From positions 35,335-99,334 of the forward strand of contig CAUVBV010000003.1 in assembly GCA_963550405.1 (NCBI GenBank): a DNA stretch of 64,000 nt, in the 5' to 3' direction. Each line of letters begins with the position of its first letter. The stretch's first letter is position 1. The position numbers and the translations under genes were made by a program. Below, one piece after another: positions 38,115 through 46,826 of this stretch. The DNA is from an uncultured Atopobium sp. GTDB lineage: Bacteria; Actinomycetota; Coriobacteriia; Coriobacteriales; Atopobiaceae. The notes under the pieces were generated by a model that worked only from the letters and a program-made list of their open reading frames with translations, searched no databases and was not told the DNA's origin.

Positions 38115-39392
38115 ATGGCACAAATTCCTATGACAGACCAAGAGGTAAAGATTGCCCTCGATGCGCTGTCTGATCAGATTGATAAATACGCTGAGCTTCT
38201 TGTGAAGAAGGGATGCGCAATTTCTGAGGGAAGTCAGCTGGTAATTAACGCTTCAATTGAGATTGCTGATTTCGCTCGTAGAGTTCAGCGCGCAGCCTAT
38301 GCAGCTGGTGCAGATTTTGTCACGGTTATTTGGGGCGATCAAGAGTCCTCAAGAATCATGTACGAAAACGTAGATCTAGCTCGTCTTTCTAAAACTCCAA
38401 GCTGGAAGATTGAGCAGCTTAACTCCCTTGCAGAGCAGGGTGCAGCATTTTTGTTCCTCTCGTCTGATGATCCAAATGGTCTGAAGGGTATTGATCCAGA
38501 AAAGCCAGCTGCTGTTTCTCGTGCAAGAAACCTGGAGTGCGATGTCTTTAGAAACGGCATGGACTTTGGTAAAAACGTTTGGTGTATTGCTGGCGTTCCT
38601 GCAGCTGAATGGGCAAAGGTAATTTTCCCAGAGCTTTCTGAGGCTGAGGCAATCTACAGGCTTTGGGTTGCTATTTTGGACGTTGCTCATGCAAGTGGAG
38701 AAGATCCTCGGAGTGCTTGGGAGACCCACAATGCAACATTTGAGAAGACCAAGCGTTTCATGAATTCTCACCAGTTTGAAGAGCTTCGTTATGAGTCTTC
38801 AAATGGGACTAACCTGACTATTGGCATGAACCCAGGACATCTTTGGGAGGGTGGCGCTGGCAAGACCCAGGACGGAACATTGTTCTTCCCTAACATTCCT
38901 ACTGAGGAAGTCTTTACCACGCCAAATTATCGCAAGGTAAACGGCACTGTTCACTCTGCGCTGCCGCTGATTCATGCTGGACAGATTGTTAAGAACTTCT
39001 GGTTTACCTTCAAAGATGGCGAGGTTGTTGACTACGGCGCCGAACAGGGCAAGGATGTTCTGACCTCTATTGTTTCTCAAAAAGGTGGTAAGTACCTGGG
39101 AGAATGTGCTCTTATCTCCAAGAATACCCCTATTCGCCAGAGCGGCATTTTGTTCTACGACACTTTATATGACGAGAACGCTAGCTGCCACTTAGCGCTT
39201 GGAATGGGCTTCCCAGAGTGCCTGGAGGGCGGTCTTGAGATGAACCCTGATGAACTCTTGGCTCATGGCGTCAATCAGAGCACAACCCACGTCGATTTTA
39301 TGATTGGTGCAGACGATTTGAATATTTGGGGAATTTCTGCCGATGGAAAAGAAACACCAATTTTCGTAAATGGACAATGGGCATGGGAGTAA
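38115..39392 (+). CDS. M29-family aminopeptidase (AmpS/PepS type)
   Basis: ..GGKYLGECALISKNTPI....FYDTLYDENASCHLALGMGFPE....THVDFMIG.. is characteristic of M29. The track start is 38097, but ATG 38115 has the SD GAAGGGA. Confidence 0.85.
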   Translation: MAQIPMTDQEVKIALDALSDQIDKYAELLVKKGCAISEGSQLVINASIEIADFARRVQRAAYAAGADFVTVIWGDQESSRIMYENVDLARLSKTPSWKIEQLNSLAEQGAAFLFLSSDDPNGLKGIDPEKPAAVSRARNLECDVFRNGMDFGKNVWCIAGVPAAEWAKVIFPELSEAEAIYRLWVAILDVAHASGEDPRSAWETHNATFEKTKRFMNSHQFEELRYESSNGTNLTIGMNPGHLWEGGAGKTQDGTLFFPNIPTEEVFTTPNYRKVNGTVHSALPLIHAGQIVKNFWFTFKDGEVVDYGAEQGKDVLTSIVSQKGGKYLGECALISKNTPIRQSGILFYDTLYDENASCHLALGMGFPECLEGGLEMNPDELLAHGVNQSTTHVDFMIGADDLNIWGISADGKETPIFVNGQWAWE

Positions 39393-39440
39393 ACTGCTAC
39401 ACTATCCTAGTTGCGTGGTAAAATTGCCACGCCCGATAAT

Positions 39441-39516
39441 GGGCCGTTAGCTCAGTTGGTAGAGCAGGGGACTTTTAATCCCAAGGTCTAGGGTTCGAAC
39501 CCCTAACGGCCCACCA
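39441..39516 (+). tRNA. tRNA-Lys(TTT), CCA encoded
   Basis: GGGCCGTTAGCTCAGTTGGTAGAGCAGGGGACTTTTAATCCCAAGGTCTAGGGTTCGAACCCCTAACGGCCCACCA. The anticodon loop is CTTTTAA. Confidence 0.95.
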
Positions 39517-39526
39517 GGTAATTCAA

Positions 39527-39563
39527 AGGTCGGGTACCATAGTGGTACTCGACCTTTTCTTTT
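39527..39563 (+). terminator. Rho-independent terminator after tRNA-Lys
   Basis: 13-bp stem AGGTCGGGTACCA / TGGTACTCGACCT (one G-U pair), followed by TTTTCTTTT. Confidence 0.8.
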
Positions 39564-39584
39564 ACGAGCAGAAGGAGTCTCATC

Positions 39585-40931
39585 GTGGTAGATCGCTACA
39601 CCGGCAAAGAAATGGGCCACATCTTTTCTTTGGAGAACAAGTACGCCGTTTGGCAGGAGATTGAAGTCCTTGCGTGCGAAGCACAGGCTGAGCTTGGTGT
39701 TATTGGCATTTCTCGCGAAGAGGCAGCTTGGATTCGCGAGCATGCAGCGTTTAACCGCGCTGAGGTAGACGAGATTGAGGCTGTTACCAATCACGATGTC
39801 ATTGCTTTTCTGACCAACATGGGCTCCTATATTGATGCTGAGGTTCCAGAGGGTGAGCTCAAGCCAAGCCGCTGGGTTCACTATGGCATGACTTCAACAG
39901 ACTTGGGCGATACCGCTCTTTGCTACCAGCTTACCCAGGCATGTGACCTGCTCATTGCTGCAGTTCGTCGCTGTGCTGCTATCTGCAAGCGTCGTGCATT
40001 TGAGGAGCGTGACACTCTGTGCGTTGGTCGTACTCACGGCATTCACGCCGAGCCTATGACCTTTGGCATGAAGTTTGGTAGCTGGGCCTGGGAGTTCAAG
40101 CGCGATCTTGACCGCCTTAAGGACGCTCGCAAAAACGTTGCTTACGGTGCAATTTCTGGCGCTGTTGGAACCTACTCTTCCATTGATCCTTTTGTTGAGG
40201 AGTACGTTTGCGAGAAACTCGGTCTTGTTCACGACCCACTTTCAACTCAGGTAATTTCTCGCGACCACCATGCTTACCTTGCTGGTGTTCTGGCAACCGT
40301 TGCCGCTACTTGCGAGCGCGTCGCAACTGAGATGCGAGCACTGCAGAAGACCGATACTCTCGAGGCTGAGGAGCCATTCCGCAAGGGCCAGAAGGGCTCT
40401 TCCGCTATGCCTCACAAACGCAATCCTATTACTGCCGAGAAGATCTGTGGTTTGTCCCGCGTAGTTAAGGCAAACGCACAGGTTGCCTTTGATAACGTTG
40501 CACTCTGGCACGAGCGTGACATCAGCCACTCTTCTGCTGAGCGTGTTGCTCAGGCAGATAGCTTTATTGCTCTTGACCACATGCTGTCAAAGCTTGAGTT
40601 CTTGCTTGATGGCATGGTTCTGTATCCAGAGCAGATGATGGCAAACCTCAATAAGACCCGTGGCATGCTCTTCTCGTCAAAGGTCCTTCTTGCCCTGGTA
40701 AACACTGGTATTACTCGCGAAGAGGCATACAAGATTGTCCAGTCTAACGCTATGAAGGTGTGGGGCGACATTCAGCAGTGCAATGAAGGACTATCCTACC
40801 AGGAGCTTCTTGAGGCAGATCCAGCTTGTACGCTGAGCCACGAGGAGCTTGAGAAGATTTTTGATCCTCGCGCATTCCTTACCCGTTCAAACGTTCTGTT
40901 TGACCGTCTTGAGCATCTTGAATTGGACTAA
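39585..40931 (+). CDS. purB: Adenylosuccinate lyase
   Basis: 448 aa, GTG start. N-terminus RYTGKEMGHIFSLENKYAVWQEIE.. and fumarate-lyase signature GSSAMPHKRNP. Confidence 0.95.
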   Translation: MVDRYTGKEMGHIFSLENKYAVWQEIEVLACEAQAELGVIGISREEAAWIREHAAFNRAEVDEIEAVTNHDVIAFLTNMGSYIDAEVPEGELKPSRWVHYGMTSTDLGDTALCYQLTQACDLLIAAVRRCAAICKRRAFEERDTLCVGRTHGIHAEPMTFGMKFGSWAWEFKRDLDRLKDARKNVAYGAISGAVGTYSSIDPFVEEYVCEKLGLVHDPLSTQVISRDHHAYLAGVLATVAATCERVATEMRALQKTDTLEAEEPFRKGQKGSSAMPHKRNPITAEKICGLSRVVKANAQVAFDNVALWHERDISHSSAERVAQADSFIALDHMLSKLEFLLDGMVLYPEQMMANLNKTRGMLFSSKVLLALVNTGITREEAYKIVQSNAMKVWGDIQQCNEGLSYQELLEADPACTLSHEELEKIFDPRAFLTRSNVLFDRLEHLELD

Positions 40932-40934
40932 ATC

Positions 40935-42146
40935 GTGGCTTTGTTTGGGAATATTTCTCGTCGAAACTTCTTCAAGACGGGAGCAGCTGGCGTAGTAGTT
41001 GCTGGTGCAATTAGCATCGCAGCAGGCTGCTCCCATCAAGAGGGCTCGAGTGACGCAGGAAAGCCGCTGGTACTTGATGAGTCATCTGGCACAAACGTGC
41101 TGGACTCCTATAGCTCAACGGAATATTCTGCTCAGCCAAGCCAGACATGGACGCTTCCTTTAGGAAGCGTGCTGCACCCAGCTGATGGAAATTGGATTCC
41201 CGTTACCACGGCCGGCGCATCTGCCACGCCTATGGTAAAGGGCTCTGCTCTTTCGCTGACGTCTGGCCAGGTAGTTGACGTTGTTCCTACAGCTCAGATG
41301 AATAATACTACCGCCGTTATTTACGACGTCCGCTGCTCTGACTCTGTGTACGCATGGGTCGAGGTGGATACCACAACCTTTGATTGGGAACTTCTCGCCG
41401 CACCATTTTCTGACGGCAAGCTCACAGGTGACGCAAAGGTACTGTACAAGGCCGATAAAAATTGGGATCCGGCTCCATTTGCCTGCGGAGACGATAAGGT
41501 GGTTTGGCTTGTCCAGCCTTCTTCTTCTGGCGAGAAAACCCGTGAGTCTTCTCACTGCTACGTGTGGCGTGTGGGTGATTCTGAAGGAACGGATGCCGTT
41601 GAATCTCCAGGTAGATTTGCTACTGCGCCATCTATCTCTAAGGGCGTAGTCACCCTTACTCCTCGAGTTCGTGCCTCTGAGGGCACCTACTATGGCGTTA
41701 CGGCGTACCTGCTGGGCGATAACCTCAAAACCAAGGTTGACCAGCTTGTTATGCCTCAATCTGTTAAGCCTTTTGCAGCAAGTCGCGTAGACGATAAGTT
41801 CATTGTGTCTGTTGAAGCAAGCTACGACTCGGGCGGTCTTTTGGGCAAGATGGGAACGTATATCTTGCCTGCTTCAGGAGAAAATCCTTACATCGTTGAA
41901 CGCGAGCCTTATGCAATAGCTGCAGGTAAAGGAAGCCTTTATATTATTAAGAGTCGCGCTTCTTACGTGCTTGTTGATACACAGAATCAAACGGCAAACT
42001 GGCTTTATTCAATGGATAGAAGCGTTGATTACGGAGAATTCCCTGCCCGAGAAGGCAACTGTGATTCTTTTGTAACCTACTCGACTGTTAAAGACCCTAC
42101 CAGCGGATATCCTGCTTCCGTGACAGTTCGTGTTTTTTCTTTGTAG
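40935..42146 (+). CDS. Tat-signal lipoprotein, function unknown (beta-rich, possibly propeller-like)
   Basis: 403 aa. The N-terminus ..SRRNFFKTGAAGVVVAGAISIAAGC carries a twin-arginine motif and a lipobox. I recognise no catalytic motifs. Confidence 0.65.
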   Translation: MALFGNISRRNFFKTGAAGVVVAGAISIAAGCSHQEGSSDAGKPLVLDESSGTNVLDSYSSTEYSAQPSQTWTLPLGSVLHPADGNWIPVTTAGASATPMVKGSALSLTSGQVVDVVPTAQMNNTTAVIYDVRCSDSVYAWVEVDTTTFDWELLAAPFSDGKLTGDAKVLYKADKNWDPAPFACGDDKVVWLVQPSSSGEKTRESSHCYVWRVGDSEGTDAVESPGRFATAPSISKGVVTLTPRVRASEGTYYGVTAYLLGDNLKTKVDQLVMPQSVKPFAASRVDDKFIVSVEASYDSGGLLGKMGTYILPASGENPYIVEREPYAIAAGKGSLYIIKSRASYVLVDTQNQTANWLYSMDRSVDYGEFPAREGNCDSFVTYSTVKDPTSGYPASVTVRVFSL

Positions 42147-42246
42147 ATTATTTGTAGGCATAGCGATAGAATGAATACAAATAATTAATGAATAATCGTA
42201 ATGTGCCATAGGCACATACATGCAGGGCAAAAGAAAAGGGGAGACA

Positions 42247-42960
42247 ATGGCTTCCGACGAGAAGAAAATTCTGATTGTCGAAGATGAGAAAGTCATCCGT
42301 GACGCCGTCTCAGCATATCTTGAGCGCGAAAATTACGTTGTTAAGGGTGTTGGCGACGGTCAGAGTGCAGTTGAAGAGTTTGAAAAGCACGCATTTGACC
42401 TGGTTATCCTTGACCTCATGCTTCCAAAGCTTTCTGGAGAGCGCGTTTGCCGTGCAATTAGAGATACCTCTAACGTACCTATCATTATGCTTACCGCAAA
42501 AGGCGAGGTAGAAGACAGAATTATTGGTCTTGAGCTTGGTGCTGATGACTATCTTGTTAAGCCCTTCTCGCCACGTGAGCTGGTGGCACGTGTTCGCGCG
42601 CTGTTCCGCCGCACGTATTCTGAGCCAGAGACTGCTGTTGATGTGCTTGATTACGGTACGCTTACCATTGATATTTCTGGTCACAAGATTCTCATTAACA
42701 ACGAGGAAGTTGACCTTACTGCTTCAGAGTTTAAGCTGCTCACCACCCTTGCTCGCTATCCTGGCCGCGTGTACACACGTATGGAGCTTGTCGAGAAGGT
42801 CCTGGGTTATGATTTTGAGGGCTATGAGCGCACTATTGATTCGCATGTCAAGAACTTGCGCGCAAAGCTCGGCGATGATCCTCGTAATCCTCGCTGGCTG
42901 TTCACCGTTCACGGTGTTGGCTATCGCTTTGAGGCTGGCAACGCTAGCCACGAGTCCTAA
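42247..42960 (+). CDS. OmpR/PhoB-family response regulator
   Basis: Receiver domain KILIVEDE..DLVILDLMLP..MLTAK, followed by a winged-helix output ..LTASEFKLLTTLARYPGRVYTR..VHGVGYRF. ATG 42247 has the SD AGGGGAG (track start 42220). Confidence 0.92.
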   Translation: MASDEKKILIVEDEKVIRDAVSAYLERENYVVKGVGDGQSAVEEFEKHAFDLVILDLMLPKLSGERVCRAIRDTSNVPIIMLTAKGEVEDRIIGLELGADDYLVKPFSPRELVARVRALFRRTYSEPETAVDVLDYGTLTIDISGHKILINNEEVDLTASEFKLLTTLARYPGRVYTRMELVEKVLGYDFEGYERTIDSHVKNLRAKLGDDPRNPRWLFTVHGVGYRFEAGNASHES

Positions 42961-42971
42961 GCTTTAGAGCT

Positions 42972-44477
42972 TTGGCGCTCTTCAAGAAACATTACTCAAA
43001 TTCTCTTAAGAACCCTCCGGAAACTGAGGGTTCTTATAAAACTATTAAGCCCGATCCCGTTGGCACTCAAAGCTTTACCACCCGTATGGCGGCGTTCTTT
43101 GCGCTAACTGCCGTCATGACGGTATTGGTGCTTATTTCTGTTTTAGGTATTGTCTGGGAAAACCGTTTTACTGCTTATACCAGGGAGAACCTACAAAACA
43201 CCGTTGATACTACCGCGCTCAATATGTCTCAGGCGTACGCGCGCGCAGAAGGCTGGAATGCCGATGTGCTTTCTATTGCACGTCAGGCCTCTGCAACCAA
43301 TTCCGATATTGGTATCCAGGTCTTAGATGTTTCTGGTGTGGTTCTGTATGACGACTCGGCACCAAATGCTCGCCGACCTGGTGGAAATAGTGTATTATCT
43401 GGCCCTCAGACGGGTGACGCCGTGGTTTATGCAGTTGTCCAAAACCTCCAAGGCGAGCCTGTGGGCAGCATTAGAATTTGGACGTTTGGTTCTGAGCCGT
43501 TCCTGACCCAGCGAGACATTGCGTTCCGTAATGGCTCCTACCAGGCAATTAGTCTTGCTGCAGCCATTGCAATCTCGCTTTCTGGGTTAATTGGTATTTT
43601 GGCCTCACGTTCACTTACCAAGCCCGTACGCCGTATTACCGAGACGGCTGTTCAGATCAGAAGCGGCAATCTTGCGGCTCGTTCAGGTATCCGTGGCGAG
43701 AATGAACTGGGGCGTCTGGGAGAAACCTTCGACGACATGGCGTCTTCACTCGAAAGAGACATTAAGCTTGAACGCCGTCTGACCAGTGATGTTGCACATG
43801 AGCTCAGAACTCCACTTATGGCTATCATGGCCACCGTTGAAGCAATCCAAGACGGTATCTTGCCCGCAGATGAAGAGCGCTTGGAAAACATTGTGTCTGA
43901 GAGTAGACGTCTTTCTCGCCTGGTAGACGCCATGCTCCACCTCTCAAGGCTTGAGAACGGAAAGACAAAGTTCAACCCAGAAAGCGTTAATGTTGTGGCT
44001 ATGGTGGCGAGTCTTGTTGCCGTGCAAGAGACGCTTTTCAAGGAGAATAATCGCACGCTGACCTTTGTGGATATGACGCCCGAGGGCAACTGTTTTGTTG
44101 ATATTGACTCGGACATGATCCGAGAAGCCCTGACTAATTTGCTGAGCAACGCCATCCGCTACACCGATGATGGTGGCCATGTTGTCATAACCGTTTCAAT
44201 TGACGATACCGATGCGGTTATTTCCGTGTCTGATGACGGCATGGGAATTGCTCCTGAGGACATTCCACAGACCTTCTCGCGATTCTGGCGTGCAGAAGAG
44301 AGCCGTGAGCGTGCATCAGGCGGTCTAGGTGTAGGCCTGGCAATCACAAAAGAGATTATGGACCGTCATAACGGCACTATCTCGGTAGAATCCGAGCTTG
44401 GAAAGGGCACGACCTTCTCGCTGCACCTTCCATTGCTTGCTCAAAATAATATCTCTGTAACAGATACTTTGTTGTAG
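42972..44477 (+). CDS. Sensor histidine kinase (two TM, HAMP, HisKA, HATPase)
   Basis: H box SDVAHELRTPL, N box LSNAIRYT, G boxes SDDGMGI and GGLGVGLAI. Confidence 0.9.
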   Translation: MALFKKHYSNSLKNPPETEGSYKTIKPDPVGTQSFTTRMAAFFALTAVMTVLVLISVLGIVWENRFTAYTRENLQNTVDTTALNMSQAYARAEGWNADVLSIARQASATNSDIGIQVLDVSGVVLYDDSAPNARRPGGNSVLSGPQTGDAVVYAVVQNLQGEPVGSIRIWTFGSEPFLTQRDIAFRNGSYQAISLAAAIAISLSGLIGILASRSLTKPVRRITETAVQIRSGNLAARSGIRGENELGRLGETFDDMASSLERDIKLERRLTSDVAHELRTPLMAIMATVEAIQDGILPADEERLENIVSESRRLSRLVDAMLHLSRLENGKTKFNPESVNVVAMVASLVAVQETLFKENNRTLTFVDMTPEGNCFVDIDSDMIREALTNLLSNAIRYTDDGGHVVITVSIDDTDAVISVSDDGMGIAPEDIPQTFSRFWRAEESRERASGGLGVGLAITKEIMDRHNGTISVESELGKGTTFSLHLPLLAQNNISVTDTLL

Positions 44478-44531
44478 GTCGATTTTTGGGCATTTTGCCG
44501 TACAATCAAAAGTCCTGCAATACAACGCGCT

Positions 44532-45449
44532 TTGCGCAGAAGTGAGGTCATTGTGGCTGGAGCTGAGCTTCGTCCCGATTCGCACGGTAAGGTTCGCGAT
44601 ATCTACGATTGTGGCGACAAACTTTTGATGGTTGCGAGCGATCGCATTAGTGCTTTTGACTTTATTCTCCCCGACGAGATTCCTTTTAAGGGAGAAATTC
44701 TGACACGTATCAGCGCTTTCTGGTTTAATCGTTTCAAGGACCTTCTGCCTAACCACATGATTTCTGTTTTGCCAGATCAGACTCCTGAGCAGTTTGCAGA
44801 TTACACTGAGTATCTTGCTGGTCGCGCAATGCTGGTAAAGAAAGCACAGACCGTACCAATTGAGTGCATTGTCCGTGGTTACCTTACTGGTTCTGGCAAA
44901 AAGACCTATGACCAGGACGGTACTGTCTGCGGCATTAAGCTGCCAGATGGCCTGACTGAGGCATCTAAACTTCCTGAGCCAATCTTTACTCCTTCAACTA
45001 AAGCTGAGCTTGGCGATCATGACGAGAATATCTCGTTTGAGCGCTGCTGCGAGATTGTTGGTGAGGATGTTGCTACTCAGCTGAAGGAAGCCTCGCTTGC
45101 AATTTATAAGGCTGCTGCAGAATATGCTGCAACTCGTGGAATTATTATTGCGGATACCAAATTTGAGTTTGGTTTTATCGACGGAAAACTTACACTTATT
45201 GATGAGTGCCTTACACCCGATTCGAGCCGTTTTTGGCCTGCTGAGGGTTATTCTGAGGGACACGTTCAGCCAAGCTACGACAAACAGTATGTACGCGATT
45301 GGCTGAAAGCCCACTGGGACATGCAAGGAGAGCCGCCTCATCTTCCAGAAGAGGTTATTGAGGGCACGTCCGAGCGTTATCGTACGGCATTCCAGATTAT
45401 TACGGGAACTGAGTTTGTACCACTGAAGGAGACCAATGTCACTGCGTGA
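44532..45449 (+). CDS. purC: Phosphoribosylaminoimidazole-succinocarboxamide (SAICAR) synthase
   Basis: ..GKVRDIYD.GDKLLMVASDRISAFD.. and ..IIADTKFEFG.. The start is uncertain: TTG 44532 in the track, or GTG 44553 with the SD GTGAGG. Confidence 0.93.
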   Translation: MRRSEVIVAGAELRPDSHGKVRDIYDCGDKLLMVASDRISAFDFILPDEIPFKGEILTRISAFWFNRFKDLLPNHMISVLPDQTPEQFADYTEYLAGRAMLVKKAQTVPIECIVRGYLTGSGKKTYDQDGTVCGIKLPDGLTEASKLPEPIFTPSTKAELGDHDENISFERCCEIVGEDVATQLKEASLAIYKAAAEYAATRGIIIADTKFEFGFIDGKLTLIDECLTPDSSRFWPAEGYSEGHVQPSYDKQYVRDWLKAHWDMQGEPPHLPEEVIEGTSERYRTAFQIITGTEFVPLKETNVTA

Positions 45450-46062
45450 CACCATTACAGGCGCAACCAAAGAAGCGCGTGAGGCTACCGCAAGCCTTTC
45501 AAAGAAAGAAACCTCCGAGGAGACTGAGCGTCCTTCGTATTCCGCTTTTGGTCGCAAATCTGCTGCTACTGCTAAACCAGTACGAGAGGCAGCTGCGTCT
45601 GTACGCGTAAGTGGCTCCGGCTCTGGCTCCAGTGCTCCAAAGAGCAAAGAGGAGAAGCGTGCTGCACGTGCTCGCCAGCGCGAGCGCGAGGATATTCGCA
45701 GCCGTGGATTTGAGGCTATGCTGCGCGCGGATCCAGACTATCATCGTGCCGAGCGCGTTTGGTGGGTCTTCCTGGGCCTTGGCTTTGTTGCAACCATCAT
45801 TACGCTGGTGCTTTCGTATATGGTTCCTGAGTCTAGAGACCTGAACACCGGCGTTGGTATGATTTCTGCCATCATGCTGGTCTTTGCTTACTTCTGCATC
45901 TTTGGTTCGGTTGTCTACAGCTTCTTTAAGATGCGTCCTCTTCGCAAGAAGATCGAGGCTAAGGTTGCTGGCATGACCGACAAGAAGCTCAACGATTTCT
46001 ACCTCGAACGTCAGGCTGAGTACGACAGAAAGAGAGCCGAGCGCAAGGCTCGTCGCAAGTAG
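45436..46062 (+). CDS. Hypothetical membrane protein (basic/Ser-rich N-terminus, two TM, basic coiled C-terminus)
   Basis: 208-aa ORF overlapping purC by 14 nt. TM segments are VWWVFLGLGFVATIITLVLSYM and ISAIMLVFAYFCIFGSVVYSFF. I recognise no family. Confidence 0.5.
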   Translation: MSLRDTITGATKEAREATASLSKKETSEETERPSYSAFGRKSAATAKPVREAAASVRVSGSGSGSSAPKSKEEKRAARARQREREDIRSRGFEAMLRADPDYHRAERVWWVFLGLGFVATIITLVLSYMVPESRDLNTGVGMISAIMLVFAYFCIFGSVVYSFFKMRPLRKKIEAKVAGMTDKKLNDFYLERQAEYDRKRAERKARRK

Positions 46063-46141
46063 CAGTATCGCGCTGCTGCCGGCGCCGCAAGCGTTGGCGA
46101 GATTTGCGTACGCGAGCCTACGTGAGTAGAATATCCCACAT

Positions 46142-46217
46142 GCCTTCGTAGCTCAGGGGATAGAGCACCGCTCTCCTAAAGCGGGTGTCGGCCGTTCGAA
46201 TCGGCCCGGGGGCACCA
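46142..46217 (+). tRNA. tRNA-Arg(CCT), CCA encoded
   Basis: GCCTTCGTAGCTCAGGGGATAGAGCACCGCTCTCCTAAAGCGGGTGTCGGCCGTTCGAATCGGCCCGGGGGCACCA. The anticodon loop is CTCCTAA. Confidence 0.95.
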
Positions 46218-46225
46218 TTGATTTC

Positions 46226-46256
46226 AAACCGACAGCTTAGCGCTGTCGGTTTTTTC
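46226..46256 (+). terminator. Rho-independent terminator after tRNA-Arg
   Basis: CCGACAGC-ttagc-GCTGTCGG, followed by TTTTTT. Confidence 0.75.
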
Positions 46257-46500
46257 ACTTTGCAGCGCGTTAGCGTCGGTTTTTAGGCTTGGCGTACAAA
46301 ATGGTGCATCTTAGCCGCGCCTCGCTGAGAAATTGTCTAGTTCTTAATCAAGATAACCGGACAACTGGGGCTCAATGTCTGACGACCGAGTGGTCTCCCT
46401 GACTGATATACATCTTTATGCATAAACTTCATCTAATATGCTTGAAAATGAATAGAGAAATATAAAAAATCTAACTATAGGTAAATTTCACTTCTAAGCA

Positions 46501-46629
46501 ACACACCTATGTCGGATAATCTGCTTAATTGCGGGCATATTACACACCTAATGACGATAATCTGCACGCCTTAGCTATTTTCGGCGTCATGTATACGTCT
46601 TTTTGACAGATTATCCGACTTAGGTGTGT
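46501..46629. repeat. 129-bp unit bounded by 23-nt inverted repeats, with a third internal copy (MITE-like or clustered binding sites)
   Basis: Copy 1 is ACACACCTATGTCGGATAATCTG (46501-46523). The inverted copy CAGATTATCCGACTTAGGTGTGT (46607-46629) matches the reverse complement of copy 1 at 22/23 positions. The internal direct copy is ACACACCTAATGACGATAATCTG (46542-46564). Confidence 0.6.
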
Positions 46630-46755
46630 TCGGCTATCAGCAAAAACAGGTCGTGTCAGTTACATCAGTTGTCTATGACCCGAAAAGCGCTGAAGTGCTT
46701 GCATCGCCGGTTCCGGCGACGACACGTGCCGCCGCCGAACGATTTCCGTGGTAGC

Positions 46756-46788
46756 AAAAAGCCCTGCAACCAAACACGGTTGCAGGGC
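46756..46788 (-). terminator. Rho-independent terminator of the pknB operon
   Basis: GCCCTGCAACC-aaacac-GGTTGCAGGGC, followed on the minus strand by TTTTT. It lies about 40 nt after the pknB stop. Confidence 0.8.
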
Positions 46789-46826
46789 TTGAACGTATTG
46801 ATTGAGCACATTGTACGCCGCAGCGA

